64,000 nucleotides of DNA, taken from the NCBI GenBank assembly GCA_965223665.1, contig OZ245011.1, forward strand, positions 2,144,001 through 2,208,000, read 5' to 3'. Origin of the DNA: Nitrospinaceae bacterium. GTDB lineage: Bacteria; Nitrospinota; Nitrospinia; Nitrospinales; Nitrospinaceae. The notes beneath the pieces were generated by a model, which did not search any database, was not told the DNA's origin, and saw only the letters and a list, made by a program, of their open reading frames with translations. Shown here one piece after another: positions 40,682 to 49,227 of the stretch; within the stretch, counting starts at the first letter, position 1, and every line of letters starts with the position of its first letter. A program made the translations under genes and the position numbers.

Positions 40682-40755
40682 TTTTTATCCTTGTTCTAAA
40701 AATAACTTTTTAGCCACTGCTTTAACGTGAAATTGATGTGATATAATATTTGGTT

Positions 40756-41229
40756 ATGAGACGGATCTTAATTATATTTGTAGTTGTTGGCTTATTTATA
40801 AGTGGACCACAAATCGGAAACGCTGCCGACCAGAATTACATTATTGAAAACTGCGACCGCTCTATATTGTGGCCAGCCATATTGAAAGACTTAGAAACTC
40901 GTGATCCTTCGGCATCCGATTTTGTTAAAAACAATGTTAAAATTCCAAAAGAAAAACCCAGATTGACAGCCGATGAATTAAAGCAAATTCAATATTTTGA
41001 TCCGAAATTACATTGGCATGTTTCGGAGTGCATATTGTTGATGAAAGAAATTAATCAATTTGTTTCTGCAGTACATAAGTTTGGATATTCAAGAAGTTGG
41101 GATGTATCAATGGAAATCGAAGGCACATTAAATATTTATGATATCCCTTTTATTTCCATATGGGATAAAACCAAAAAATTTGTATTCTTTGTCAATTTTT
41201 CAAAATTAAGGCCACATAAAAACTTTTAA
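40756..41229 (+). CDS. Secreted two-Cys immunity-like protein, copy 10 (orphan)
   Basis: Family motifs; its N-terminus is identical to copy 12 and its C-half is divergent. Confidence 0.8.
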   Translation: MRRILIIFVVVGLFISGPQIGNAADQNYIIENCDRSILWPAILKDLETRDPSASDFVKNNVKIPKEKPRLTADELKQIQYFDPKLHWHVSECILLMKEINQFVSAVHKFGYSRSWDVSMEIEGTLNIYDIPFISIWDKTKKFVFFVNFSKLRPHKNF

Positions 41230-41246
41230 AAATTTTCTCAATCATA

Positions 41247-41726
41247 ATGAAAACCAAACTAACTATAATTTCGTTAATTCTTATCTGTTTCTTATTTTCT
41301 GGAACCCGGTTTGGGAATGCGGCGAATCGAAATTATCGCGTTGAAAATTGCAGCCGGGCCCAACTGTGGCCGGAAATACTGAAAGATTTGAAATGGCGTG
41401 ATCCGGAAACCGCTGAGTTCATCGATAAAAATATCAAGCCTGTCCAAGAACGCCCTCAACTGACCGATGAGGACTATCAACAAATTGAACGGTTTGATAA
41501 AAGGATTCATTATTTTCTATCCGAGTGCATGCTTTTGATTAAAGAAGTAAATGTGTTGATTAAGGAGGTCCATAAAATTGATCCCAATAAAACTTGGGCG
41601 GTTGGAGATGAAATTAGAGGAACCCTAGACAAGTATGAAATTCCTTTTGATTACAAATATACAAAAAAAGATGAATTTATTTTTTATGTCATTTTTGCGC
41701 CTTTAACGCCGGGCGAAACCTTTTAA
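41247..41726 (+). CDS. Secreted two-Cys immunity-like protein, copy 11
   Basis: ENCSR..LW, SECMLLIKEVN; 38-nt overlap. Confidence 0.8.
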   Translation: MKTKLTIISLILICFLFSGTRFGNAANRNYRVENCSRAQLWPEILKDLKWRDPETAEFIDKNIKPVQERPQLTDEDYQQIERFDKRIHYFLSECMLLIKEVNVLIKEVHKIDPNKTWAVGDEIRGTLDKYEIPFDYKYTKKDEFIFYVIFAPLTPGETF

Positions 41727-42591
41727 GATAATTCTGTGTTTCCTGCGGCATAAACTGTATTACCTTATCTATTTTTTGATTTGCTCCAACTCCAAACTTA
41801 TTTACCGCTTTTCTCCTTGCCTCTTTCACCGCATTTGGGCTTGAATTATACTCAATGATCGAAAATTCTAATCGGTTATCCACTCTTGGATAGCGTCTCC
41901 AAATATCACTAAACAACAACCACTTGGTTGCCCGAATGTTTGAAGCTGAGTCATTTAAAATTTGTTGTTGCGATAAATTTAATCCGCTTTGATTGGCAAT
42001 TCCCTGGGCAGTTCCCGGCATGATCTGACCCAAGCCTTTGGCTCCCATTGGACTGGTTTGACCGGGCACAAAACTGGATTCTAATTCCACGATGGTTTTA
42101 ATAATTCGAGCTGCGTCTCTATTAGTAAACCCTGTGGGAATTTTTACATCCGGTTCACTCGTTATTATTTCAATAGATTTCTTAACCTCCTTCACCGTAC
42201 TGAATTTATAATTGGTATTAAATTTTCCCTGCTGACCGGGTTGCTTGCTTTGGCCTTTCGGGGCGTTGACCAGGTTCTGTTGAATAGCCCAGTCCATTTG
42301 AGCATTGCCACTGCCGAGGGCACTGGTGGGAAGAGGTTTATCCGGGTTCTCTGTGTTGTACAAAATACTTGGATCAATCGTCCTCTCTGAGGCTGGAAGA
42401 CTTTCCTGTGCGGTTAAACCTCCATTCAATAACATTGGTCTTCGATTTCTTCGTCTTCCTCTTTGGGTGCCAAGCCGGCGGTCATCCTTTTTTCCGGAGC
42501 CATCTCCGTAAAGAATTTCTGCCATCTCTTCCCATCTTTCCCGACTCGGGAGATTGGAACTACCATATTCACTTAAATTAATTCTTCCCAT
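41689..42591 (-). CDS. Short SLT effector-like protein B
   Basis: ELESSF.P...SPMGAKGLGQIMPGTA...EYN...PQETQNY. Confidence 0.88.
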   Translation of the reverse strand: MGRINLSEYGSSNLPSRERWEEMAEILYGDGSGKKDDRRLGTQRGRRRNRRPMLLNGGLTAQESLPASERTIDPSILYNTENPDKPLPTSALGSGNAQMDWAIQQNLVNAPKGQSKQPGQQGKFNTNYKFSTVKEVKKSIEIITSEPDVKIPTGFTNRDAARIIKTIVELESSFVPGQTSPMGAKGLGQIMPGTAQGIANQSGLNLSQQQILNDSASNIRATKWLLFSDIWRRYPRVDNRLEFSIIEYNSSPNAVKEARRKAVNKFGVGANQKIDKVIQFMPQETQNYLKRFRPALKAQK

Positions 42592-42665
42592 TTTCTATCC
42601 TTGTTCTAAAAATAACTTTTTAGCCACTGCTTTAACGTGAAATTGATGTGATATAATATTTGGTT

Positions 42666-43145
42666 ATGAGACGGATCTTAATTATATTTGTAGTTGTTGG
42701 CTTATTTATAAGTGGACCACAAATCGGAAACGCTGCCGACCAGAATTACATTATTGAAAACTGCGATCGCGAGTATCTTTGGGCTGAAATTTTGAAAGAC
42801 ATTCGCTGGCGCGCTCCGGAGGATGCTAAGTTTATTGAGGAACATATTCAACCTACCAAAAATCATCCAAAGCTGACAGAAAAGGACTACCGGGACATCG
42901 ATAAAATGGACAAAGCAATTCGTTGGTACGCCTCCGAATGCATTTTGCTGATGAAAGAAATCAATGAATTTTTGGGTGCTATTCATTCTAAGAACTCTGA
43001 TATTGCTATGGGTTTAACCTTTGAGATTGATGGAACCCTAAACAAATTTGATATACCGTTTTTCAGGCACTTTAATCGAGAAAATGAATTTAAACCTTTT
43101 TTTGAATTCATGTATTATCTTTATAAGCCTTCCGGAAAGCTTTGA
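42666..43145 (+). CDS. Secreted two-Cys immunity-like protein, copy 12
   Basis: Family motifs; 38-nt overlap. Confidence 0.8.
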   Translation: MRRILIIFVVVGLFISGPQIGNAADQNYIIENCDREYLWAEILKDIRWRAPEDAKFIEEHIQPTKNHPKLTEKDYRDIDKMDKAIRWYASECILLMKEINEFLGAIHSKNSDIAMGLTFEIDGTLNKFDIPFFRHFNRENEFKPFFEFMYYLYKPSGKL

Positions 43146-44037
43146 GATATTCTGCCGGTGATAAATCGTTCTTATTCGGTCGTGTATTCATGGATTTCAG
43201 CTTCAAGACTTCCTTAATCTTGTTTCCTGCTCCCTGACCAAATGATTTTTCAGCTTCCTTTCTCGCTTTTTTTACATCATTCGCCCCTATTTTGTACTCC
43301 AATACCAGAAACCCGATTCGATCATCCGCCTTATCATAGCGTTTCCAGCCATCAAAAAATAAAACCTGTCCGGCAATGATATTAGCTTCATTTTTATCCA
43401 AAATATCGGTTTTGGTAAAACCCGTATTTAGATTTTGGGCAATTAAACCTGCTGTCCCATCAAGTATCTGCATCAATCCGGAAGCTGTGGAGTTTGGATT
43501 TTTTACTTTTGGCCTAAAACTGGATTCAATTTGAATTAACGATTTTGTGATTCGACTCACCTCTTGAACAGGAACCGGATAACCAAATTTCTTATGGGTT
43601 TTAACGGTAATTAAATCCACCAAATGTTTGACCTCTTTCACCGTACCAAATTTATAATTGGTATTAAATTTTCCTTGCTGACCGGGTTGCTTGCTTTGGC
43701 CTTTCGGTGCGTTGACGATTGCCTGCTGCATAGCCCAGTCCATTTGCGGGTTACCGCTGCCGAGGGCGCTGGGGGGAAGAGGTTTATCCGGGTTCTCTGT
43801 GTTGTACAAAATACTTGGATCAATCGTCCTCTCTGAGGCTGGAAGACTTTCCTGTGCGGTTAAACCTCCATTCAATAATGTTGGTCTCCGATTTCTTCGT
43901 CTTCCTTTTTTAGTGCCAACCCGGCGGTCATCCTTTTTTCCGGAGTCATCTCCGTAAAGAATTTCTGCCATCTCTTCCCATCTTTCCCGACTCGGTGGAT
44001 TGGAACTACCATATTCACTTAAATTAATTCTTCCCAT
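43108..44037 (-). CDS. Short SLT effector-like protein C
   Basis: QIESSFRPKVKNPNSTASGLMQI...EYKIG. Confidence 0.85.
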   Translation of the reverse strand: MGRINLSEYGSSNPPSRERWEEMAEILYGDDSGKKDDRRVGTKKGRRRNRRPTLLNGGLTAQESLPASERTIDPSILYNTENPDKPLPPSALGSGNPQMDWAMQQAIVNAPKGQSKQPGQQGKFNTNYKFGTVKEVKHLVDLITVKTHKKFGYPVPVQEVSRITKSLIQIESSFRPKVKNPNSTASGLMQILDGTAGLIAQNLNTGFTKTDILDKNEANIIAGQVLFFDGWKRYDKADDRIGFLVLEYKIGANDVKKARKEAEKSFGQGAGNKIKEVLKLKSMNTRPNKNDLSPAEYLKAFRKAYKDNT

Positions 44038-44063
44038 TTTCTATCCTTTAATTAATTCCCGGA

Positions 44064-44448
44064 ATGTGAATCACCCCAGCCCGGCCCCCGGCCGGCAGGA
44101 ACATTCTTTTGCGATGATTTAATTTCAATGCTATATCTTCACAAAGTTTTCGAGGATTATAGTTGCCCCCAATCGCTAGATTGGAAAAGGGGAGCGCATT
44201 GGCTTCCCATTTTTATATTTGCTTCTAAAAGTAAAATTTGAGAACAGTTTCTGTCGATTCAATGTTCGCCACCGATCAGCGCAAATGAAAGTTGCCGCCA
44301 CGGCGAGTGAGTGCCCCCAATCGCTAGATTGGAAAAGAGGGAGCACATCGGCTTCCATAGAAACTCAACGCAAATGAAAGTTGCCGCCACGGCGAGTGGT
44401 GAATCACCCTGACCCTCTTTAGGAAAGAGGGAGCACATCGTTTTCCCC
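44064..44448 (+). repeat. Cluster of REP-like repeats plus a 30-bp direct repeat
   Basis: One long form and two short/partial forms; CGCAAATGAAAGTTGCCGCCACGGCGAGTG at ~44280 and ~44369. Confidence 0.75.
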
Positions 44449-44657
44449 TGCGTCATATTCTCCAAAAGACAAAATCTGAGTTTGAAAATTTTCTGAAGAT
44501 TCCCTTCTATATATAGAACAAACTCACTTCCCTTTCTTAGATCACTGATCGGTATTCCGCCAGTTCAGGAAGCGGGCCCAAAGGCGGCGCAGCCAGCGTT
44601 TCAGTTTTTGCCAAAATCCGGGAGGGTCTTCTTGGGGTTTTCTATTTTGCCAGGGCA

Positions 44658-46775
44658 TCAGTTCATTCCATTTTCAAAGAGGAGTAATAAGTCTATGTCT
44701 GTATTCCAGAACGGTCCCGGTACGGTCGGGCCGCTTAAAACCATCACTGCGTTCGGCGTCACCACCAGCGGAACGTTGCCCACCAATACAAAGCTGGATT
44801 GGCCGGCGCTGTAATCCATTGGTGAATTGGCACTCAAAACCGCGGCCACGTCTCCATCCACCCAGGGATGTTTGTTTTGCTCCAAAACTGAACTGACCGC
44901 CAAAGCCAACGTGATATCTCCCGCAATTTCCGGGTGACGGTTCATTAACATTCCGGCCTGAGGTGTCAATTCCAGATCCACATTGCCGGCAATCGAATAC
45001 GCGCCGAACGCACTCATTCCGGATTGTGGGGTGAGGGTGACGGAAACGGTTCCGTCGATGGAGGGATGGATTTGAACGTCCATCACCGATGCGGCCTCAA
45101 ACTGGCTGGTCACGTTGCCATCAATCGAAGGATGAATATTAAAATCGAAAATTCCTTCGGCAGACAGGGTTAAGGGAATATTGCCGCTCAACGACGGATG
45201 AATGTTTTTCACAAATGTGGACAGCGGTGTGATGTCCAACGGAACCGATCCGGTCAAATTCAAATGTTGATTGTATTGCTCGATTCCATCCGGGGAGAGA
45301 GTGACCATTACATTGCCGACGACGGAAAAATCAAAATGCGCGGTCATGATCGCCGCGGGTGTAACGTCGGCAGTGACGTTGCCGGTAATGGAGTAACTTG
45401 CCGCAGGAGTGCCGACGGTAATGGATGGAGTTTGCGTGATCGTATTTAAAATTTGGAAAGACTCTTGTCGGGCTAGACGGAACTCAATGACATCAGTATC
45501 CACTGTGTCTGCATCGACGATCTTAATGACAAACTCAACTTCGGTTTCGTCATTGCCGGCAAAGGTGATTTTCTTACCCTGCCAATCGTTCTCCATCACG
45601 TATCCGGTGGCAAACGTGCCCGAACCTAAACGCTGAGTACTGTTTTCGAGATCCGTGATATTCGAACTCAATACGAGTTGGGCAACCGAAGAAGCATTGG
45701 TCACGCCACCCCAGGAACCTGAATTTAATCGTCGTTGCAATGAAAGCGCATCGACAGCACCATTAGCCGTTGCACACTTCACCAGGAAGCGCAACCGAAC
45801 TGTGGTTTCCGCTTGGAGAGTAATGTCTGTGTTCAATGCGGCTTTAAATGTAGCTGCCGACTCCGAGCCGTCGTCATTAATAAAACGAAATGAATGTTGA
45901 TCCAATACTGGTTCGTCAACGGTTATGCGTGGGGTTTGGGTGTAGGCATCGAGGGCAGTGGACCCGTCGTAAACACGAAAATCGATGGTGTCTAAATCCG
46001 CGACTTCCTGAGGTCGAATCCAAAAACAGAATTCCACTTCGGTGTGTTCGCTAGCGGCTAAAGTAATCGCGGCGGCTTGTCCGTCAGATTCGTCAAACTC
46101 ACCGGCTTTAAACGTTCCGGTTCCTCCAAGTTGGTCGGTGGTTGCAGTGCCATTCGAAATATTAGGTGAACCAATAGACCGAGCAATCGAGGAAGCACCG
46201 TCAACGCGAGTGTAAGTTCCACTGGAGTGACTGCGATACAAAGTAGGCGTGAACGTAATTCCGGAACCGCCCGTTTCCTGAACGACAAACCGTAAGCGCA
46301 CCGGGACATCTGTCGAATGGTTGATGCTGGTATTTTCTGTTGCCAGCCAGGTTGCGGTGGTTTCGCTTCCATCGGTATCTCTAAATCGGAACCCGGTCTG
46401 ATCCAGTGTAGCGGATACAGCGTTGACCGTAATAGTTTGGCTGGAACTGTTGGTGGCGGCACCGCCGTTGTTGTTATCGATAACGCGGATGCGAACCGCA
46501 TAAGTCCCGGCGGTGTTGCAGGTAATGGTCTGGGTGTGCTCCAGCTCATCCCCTAAATTGGAGAGCGTGTTGGTGGGCGTGGTGAGTGCCGCGCCACTGG
46601 AGGGAATGTTCACCCAGGTGCTGGTGCCCTGGTCCCACTGCCAGATCATGTTGTAATCCCCACCGCCGTGATTGGACAGAGTGACCTGCCCTCCCATGGT
46701 AAACGTTTGGCCTTCGTTTAGATTCGGGTCGCTAGTGGGTTGAGTTAAGCTGACACTGGTTACGGTTTTAGCCAT
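44658..46775 (-). CDS. Thr/Ser-rich beta-repeat structural protein (Ig-like/fibre-like)
   Basis: Two ~170-aa repeats (LDQ..FRF...DGSE..AT..A..NT.I...VRLRF) and about nine ~23-aa I.GNV...LTP repeats. Confidence 0.6.
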   Translation of the reverse strand: MAKTVTSVSLTQPTSDPNLNEGQTFTMGGQVTLSNHGGGDYNMIWQWDQGTSTWVNIPSSGAALTTPTNTLSNLGDELEHTQTITCNTAGTYAVRIRVIDNNNGGAATNSSSQTITVNAVSATLDQTGFRFRDTDGSETTATWLATENTSINHSTDVPVRLRFVVQETGGSGITFTPTLYRSHSSGTYTRVDGASSIARSIGSPNISNGTATTDQLGGTGTFKAGEFDESDGQAAAITLAASEHTEVEFCFWIRPQEVADLDTIDFRVYDGSTALDAYTQTPRITVDEPVLDQHSFRFINDDGSESAATFKAALNTDITLQAETTVRLRFLVKCATANGAVDALSLQRRLNSGSWGGVTNASSVAQLVLSSNITDLENSTQRLGSGTFATGYVMENDWQGKKITFAGNDETEVEFVIKIVDADTVDTDVIEFRLARQESFQILNTITQTPSITVGTPAASYSITGNVTADVTPAAIMTAHFDFSVVGNVMVTLSPDGIEQYNQHLNLTGSVPLDITPLSTFVKNIHPSLSGNIPLTLSAEGIFDFNIHPSIDGNVTSQFEAASVMDVQIHPSIDGTVSVTLTPQSGMSAFGAYSIAGNVDLELTPQAGMLMNRHPEIAGDITLALAVSSVLEQNKHPWVDGDVAAVLSANSPMDYSAGQSSFVLVGNVPLVVTPNAVMVLSGPTVPGPFWNTDIDLLLLFENGMN

Positions 46776-47175
46776 GGTCCTCCACTTTTACAACTTTGAG
46801 ATAACAACGTTTTTCGCCCTGGGCGTATAAGTCATTGAGAGTGTCAATGTCCAGTTGCCGACGCGGCCAGACAACACAGGAAATGGGCTTGCAGGACCGC
46901 CCGCCCTTCTCCTGTTGGCCGCACTTGAGTGTGTCTTGATTCAAATGCTCGCAGGAAGTGCCCACCGGCCCGATCAACGGCATAGCCTGACAACATAACG
47001 CCTGACATTTTTCGGTGGGGCACCGCACCTGACCGTTTTCATCTTCCACATACCCCTGCACTTCGTACTGCTGGCCGTCTTTATCGACAAACTTCATTTG
47101 GTCCCAGTTTTCGGTACGCAGTACGACGTACGAGTATTGTGCGGAACTCTCTGTCTCCGTTGGGGGGATTGACAT
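46768..47175 (-). CDS. Cys-cluster protein, YkgJ (CxxCxxCC)-like
   Basis: CPTEKCQALCC...CEHL...KC...KPISCVVWP. Confidence 0.6.
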   Translation of the reverse strand: MSIPPTETESSAQYSYVVLRTENWDQMKFVDKDGQQYEVQGYVEDENGQVRCPTEKCQALCCQAMPLIGPVGTSCEHLNQDTLKCGQQEKGGRSCKPISCVVWPRRQLDIDTLNDLYAQGEKRCYLKVVKVEDHG

Positions 47176-47195
47176 ATAAGATTCGCCGAGTGTTC

Positions 47196-47507
47196 TCAGG
47201 AAAATTTATGAAGTTTAGCTCGGCGATCATCCGCCGCAACAGCGGTGTTATCCAAAGCCAAAGTCAATTGGTGCATCGCCAGCGCGGTGTTAATAGCATC
47301 TTGGGTTTTCGTTACCTGCTCCGAGGTTGCTGTGCCGCCATCGGTGAACAGTTGATCGGCCAATTCCTGATCGGACAAGGTTCCCTTGACTTCCTGCAGG
47401 TCTTTGTATTCCTCTTCAGCCTGAGCAAGGGTCACTAAAATCTGCTTACTGTGCTGTTCTAACCTGCGAACCACATCCGGCCATTTCATTTCACTTGAGT
47501 AAGGCAT
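47196..47507 (-). CDS. Hypothetical helical phage protein
   Basis: AGGAG RBS; tightly packed operon. Confidence 0.6.
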   Translation of the reverse strand: MPYSSEMKWPDVVRRLEQHSKQILVTLAQAEEEYKDLQEVKGTLSDQELADQLFTDGGTATSEQVTKTQDAINTALAMHQLTLALDNTAVAADDRRAKLHKFS

Positions 47508-47525
47508 AATTTATTTTGACTCCTG

Positions 47526-47954
47526 TTATTCCGCAGAGATTTGCGGGGTGATGTCGTAAGTATCGCCATCGTTTAAGGTATATGGTCCGTTACCGTCTAC
47601 TTCAATCGCAAGGATTCGCGCCGTTCCTGTGCCTGCGGGCTTCGTTGCAATGAAATATCCATATATACTTCCGGAGTAATTGCCGCCCGATGGTGAAAAC
47701 TGCTGAACGGCGTAGGTCATGGGATTGGCCGAGGTCCAACTACCATCAGTAAGCGTCTTGCGTGCATAGCCCCCGCCGGTAGGTTCTGTGATGGTAGCTT
47801 CCGTGATGGTGTCCCCAGGAGCAGAATTTGTAAACAGACCCAATTCCAGATCGGCTCCTCTATCGGTGTTAGTGTTAAACGTTGAAACGTTTTCGGCGGA
47901 CAAGGCTAAATCTAAAAAAACCTGTTCCCCTTCATTGGGCACAAATCCGGGCAT
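47526..47954 (-). CDS. Phage structural protein (fibre/spike-associated type)
   Basis: LGLFT..P.D......TEPTGGGYARK.LT...W pattern common in phage structural modules; GGAGG RBS. Confidence 0.6.
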   Translation of the reverse strand: MPGFVPNEGEQVFLDLALSAENVSTFNTNTDRGADLELGLFTNSAPGDTITEATITEPTGGGYARKTLTDGSWTSANPMTYAVQQFSPSGGNYSGSIYGYFIATKPAGTGTARILAIEVDGNGPYTLNDGDTYDITPQISAE

Positions 47955-47965
47955 ATCTTTACCTC

Positions 47966-48259
47966 CTATTCGTTAACCGCAACCGCGTGCGGGATTAAAT
48001 GTTCTCGTGGTATTTCTCGATATTCTCGCGGGTCCGGTCCCTCGAATTCGGGATGGGTGACCAAATCGTTAGTGAAAATCACTTCGTAACCTTTGCGCGC
48101 CATGATGCGTTGAAAGCTGGCGGGGTCATCGTTCTCTCCCACTCGCCCTCTAAAGTTGAACTGTCCGGATGGCTCGCCCTGACCGGGCATAAACTGGTGC
48201 TGTCCTTCCGCCTCGCTCTCGTTTTCTTTTTTCTTTGAAGTTTCCAAATAGCAAAACAT
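47966..48259 (-). CDS. Hypothetical protein
   Basis: Abuts its neighbours in the operon; AGGAG upstream. Confidence 0.55.
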   Translation of the reverse strand: MFCYLETSKKKENESEAEGQHQFMPGQGEPSGQFNFRGRVGENDDPASFQRIMARKGYEVIFTNDLVTHPEFEGPDPREYREIPREHLIPHAVAVNE

Positions 48260-48658
48260 TTATCTCACTCCTGCGGTTAAAGTTATGTTGGTATTAGATC
48301 CTGCGAGCCGGGCCGCCTCTATTCGTATGGCATCGAATCCACTAGGGTATAACAGAAACCAGCCGCGGGTCCCCGACGGCAAAGTCGTCAGGTCGCTACT
48401 GGCGCCGATCAGGACGCCTTCCGGCGTGGTGTAATCGGTCGGAGTGGAATACAACACGCTCCAGGCGCCGCTTTTTTGGGCTCGTGCCGAAATGACAAAT
48501 TGATCAAGATCGGTGGTGTCGGAAAGGATTTGCACAAAGAGGGCATAACGGTAGAGGATCCGTATATCCTTGATGACAGTTAGAGATTCGTCTTCCAACA
48601 CCACCGATGCGGAGACGTATTCTATCGGCTGCGATTTATATCCGTCGTGATTCGACAT
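48260..48658 (-). CDS. Hypothetical beta-rich phage protein
   Basis: GAGGAG RBS; abuts the next ORF. Confidence 0.6.
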   Translation of the reverse strand: MSNHDGYKSQPIEYVSASVVLEDESLTVIKDIRILYRYALFVQILSDTTDLDQFVISARAQKSGAWSVLYSTPTDYTTPEGVLIGASSDLTTLPSGTRGWFLLYPSGFDAIRIEAARLAGSNTNITLTAGVR

Positions 48659-48694
48659 TCTATATGTTGACTCCTCGCTTGAAGATCGCGGTTA

Positions 48695-49024
48695 TCATTG
48701 ACAGCATGGACCGTGAACATCCATAGCCAGTTGGTTTTCTAATCCGGAAACGTATTGGGTGTGTTTGATGAAATCGGCCTTGTTCAAGCAGGACAGCATT
48801 TCCTGATCGACCACCCCGCTGTTTAAGTATTGCCATTCGATGAAGGGTCGTTGAAACCTTCGAGGCTTTGAAGATACCTGGCTCCACGTGAACCGATCCG
48901 GGTGCCGGGAAGTTTCCACTTGCGAAGTGGCCAGGCGCTGTTGGCACGCATAACTTTCGATGGCATAGTAAACGGCAAAACAAATGCTGTAGACAATCAC
49001 TGCCATTAAAAGGAAACGTTTCAT
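48695..49024 (-). CDS. Hypothetical protein with N-terminal TM/signal segment
   Basis: MKRFLLMAVIVYSICFAVYY; ATGA overlap. Confidence 0.5.
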   Translation of the reverse strand: MKRFLLMAVIVYSICFAVYYAIESYACQQRLATSQVETSRHPDRFTWSQVSSKPRRFQRPFIEWQYLNSGVVDQEMLSCLNKADFIKHTQYVSGLENQLAMDVHGPCCQ

Positions 49025-49227
49025 GATCGCGGCACCCCGACCTTATTGACGGGTTTGTCCTTAGGGTTGGAATGAGGTGAGTTTTTCAGTAAATTCCGTT
49101 CCTTTAAGTCGCTTTTCCCTGAGGTCCTTCCATAAGACTGGCGGCTGCCGAGCCAGGCCGCATAAAGCAACAAAACCGTGATGGAAATTATCACTACGAC
49201 TAAAGCTTCGACCATTCCTGCCTCCAC
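49021..49227 (-). CDS. Small single-TM protein
   Basis: Hydrophobic helix followed by a basic tail; overlaps neighbours. Confidence 0.45.
   Translation of the reverse strand: MEAGMVEALVVVIISITVLLLYAAWLGSRQSYGRTSGKSDLKERNLLKNSPHSNPKDKPVNKVGVPRS

Noticed and set aside
39644-44037. SLT genes as ordinary phage endolysins
   Set aside because: Four paralogs with a shared non-catalytic leader, no adjacent holin/spanin, and each paired with a convergent secreted protein do not fit a lysis cassette.
44259-44465. Small ORFs in 44.1-44.5 kb, 51712..52041 and 59885..60127
   Set aside because: They are translations of REP-like repeat DNA or low-complexity intergenic sequence.
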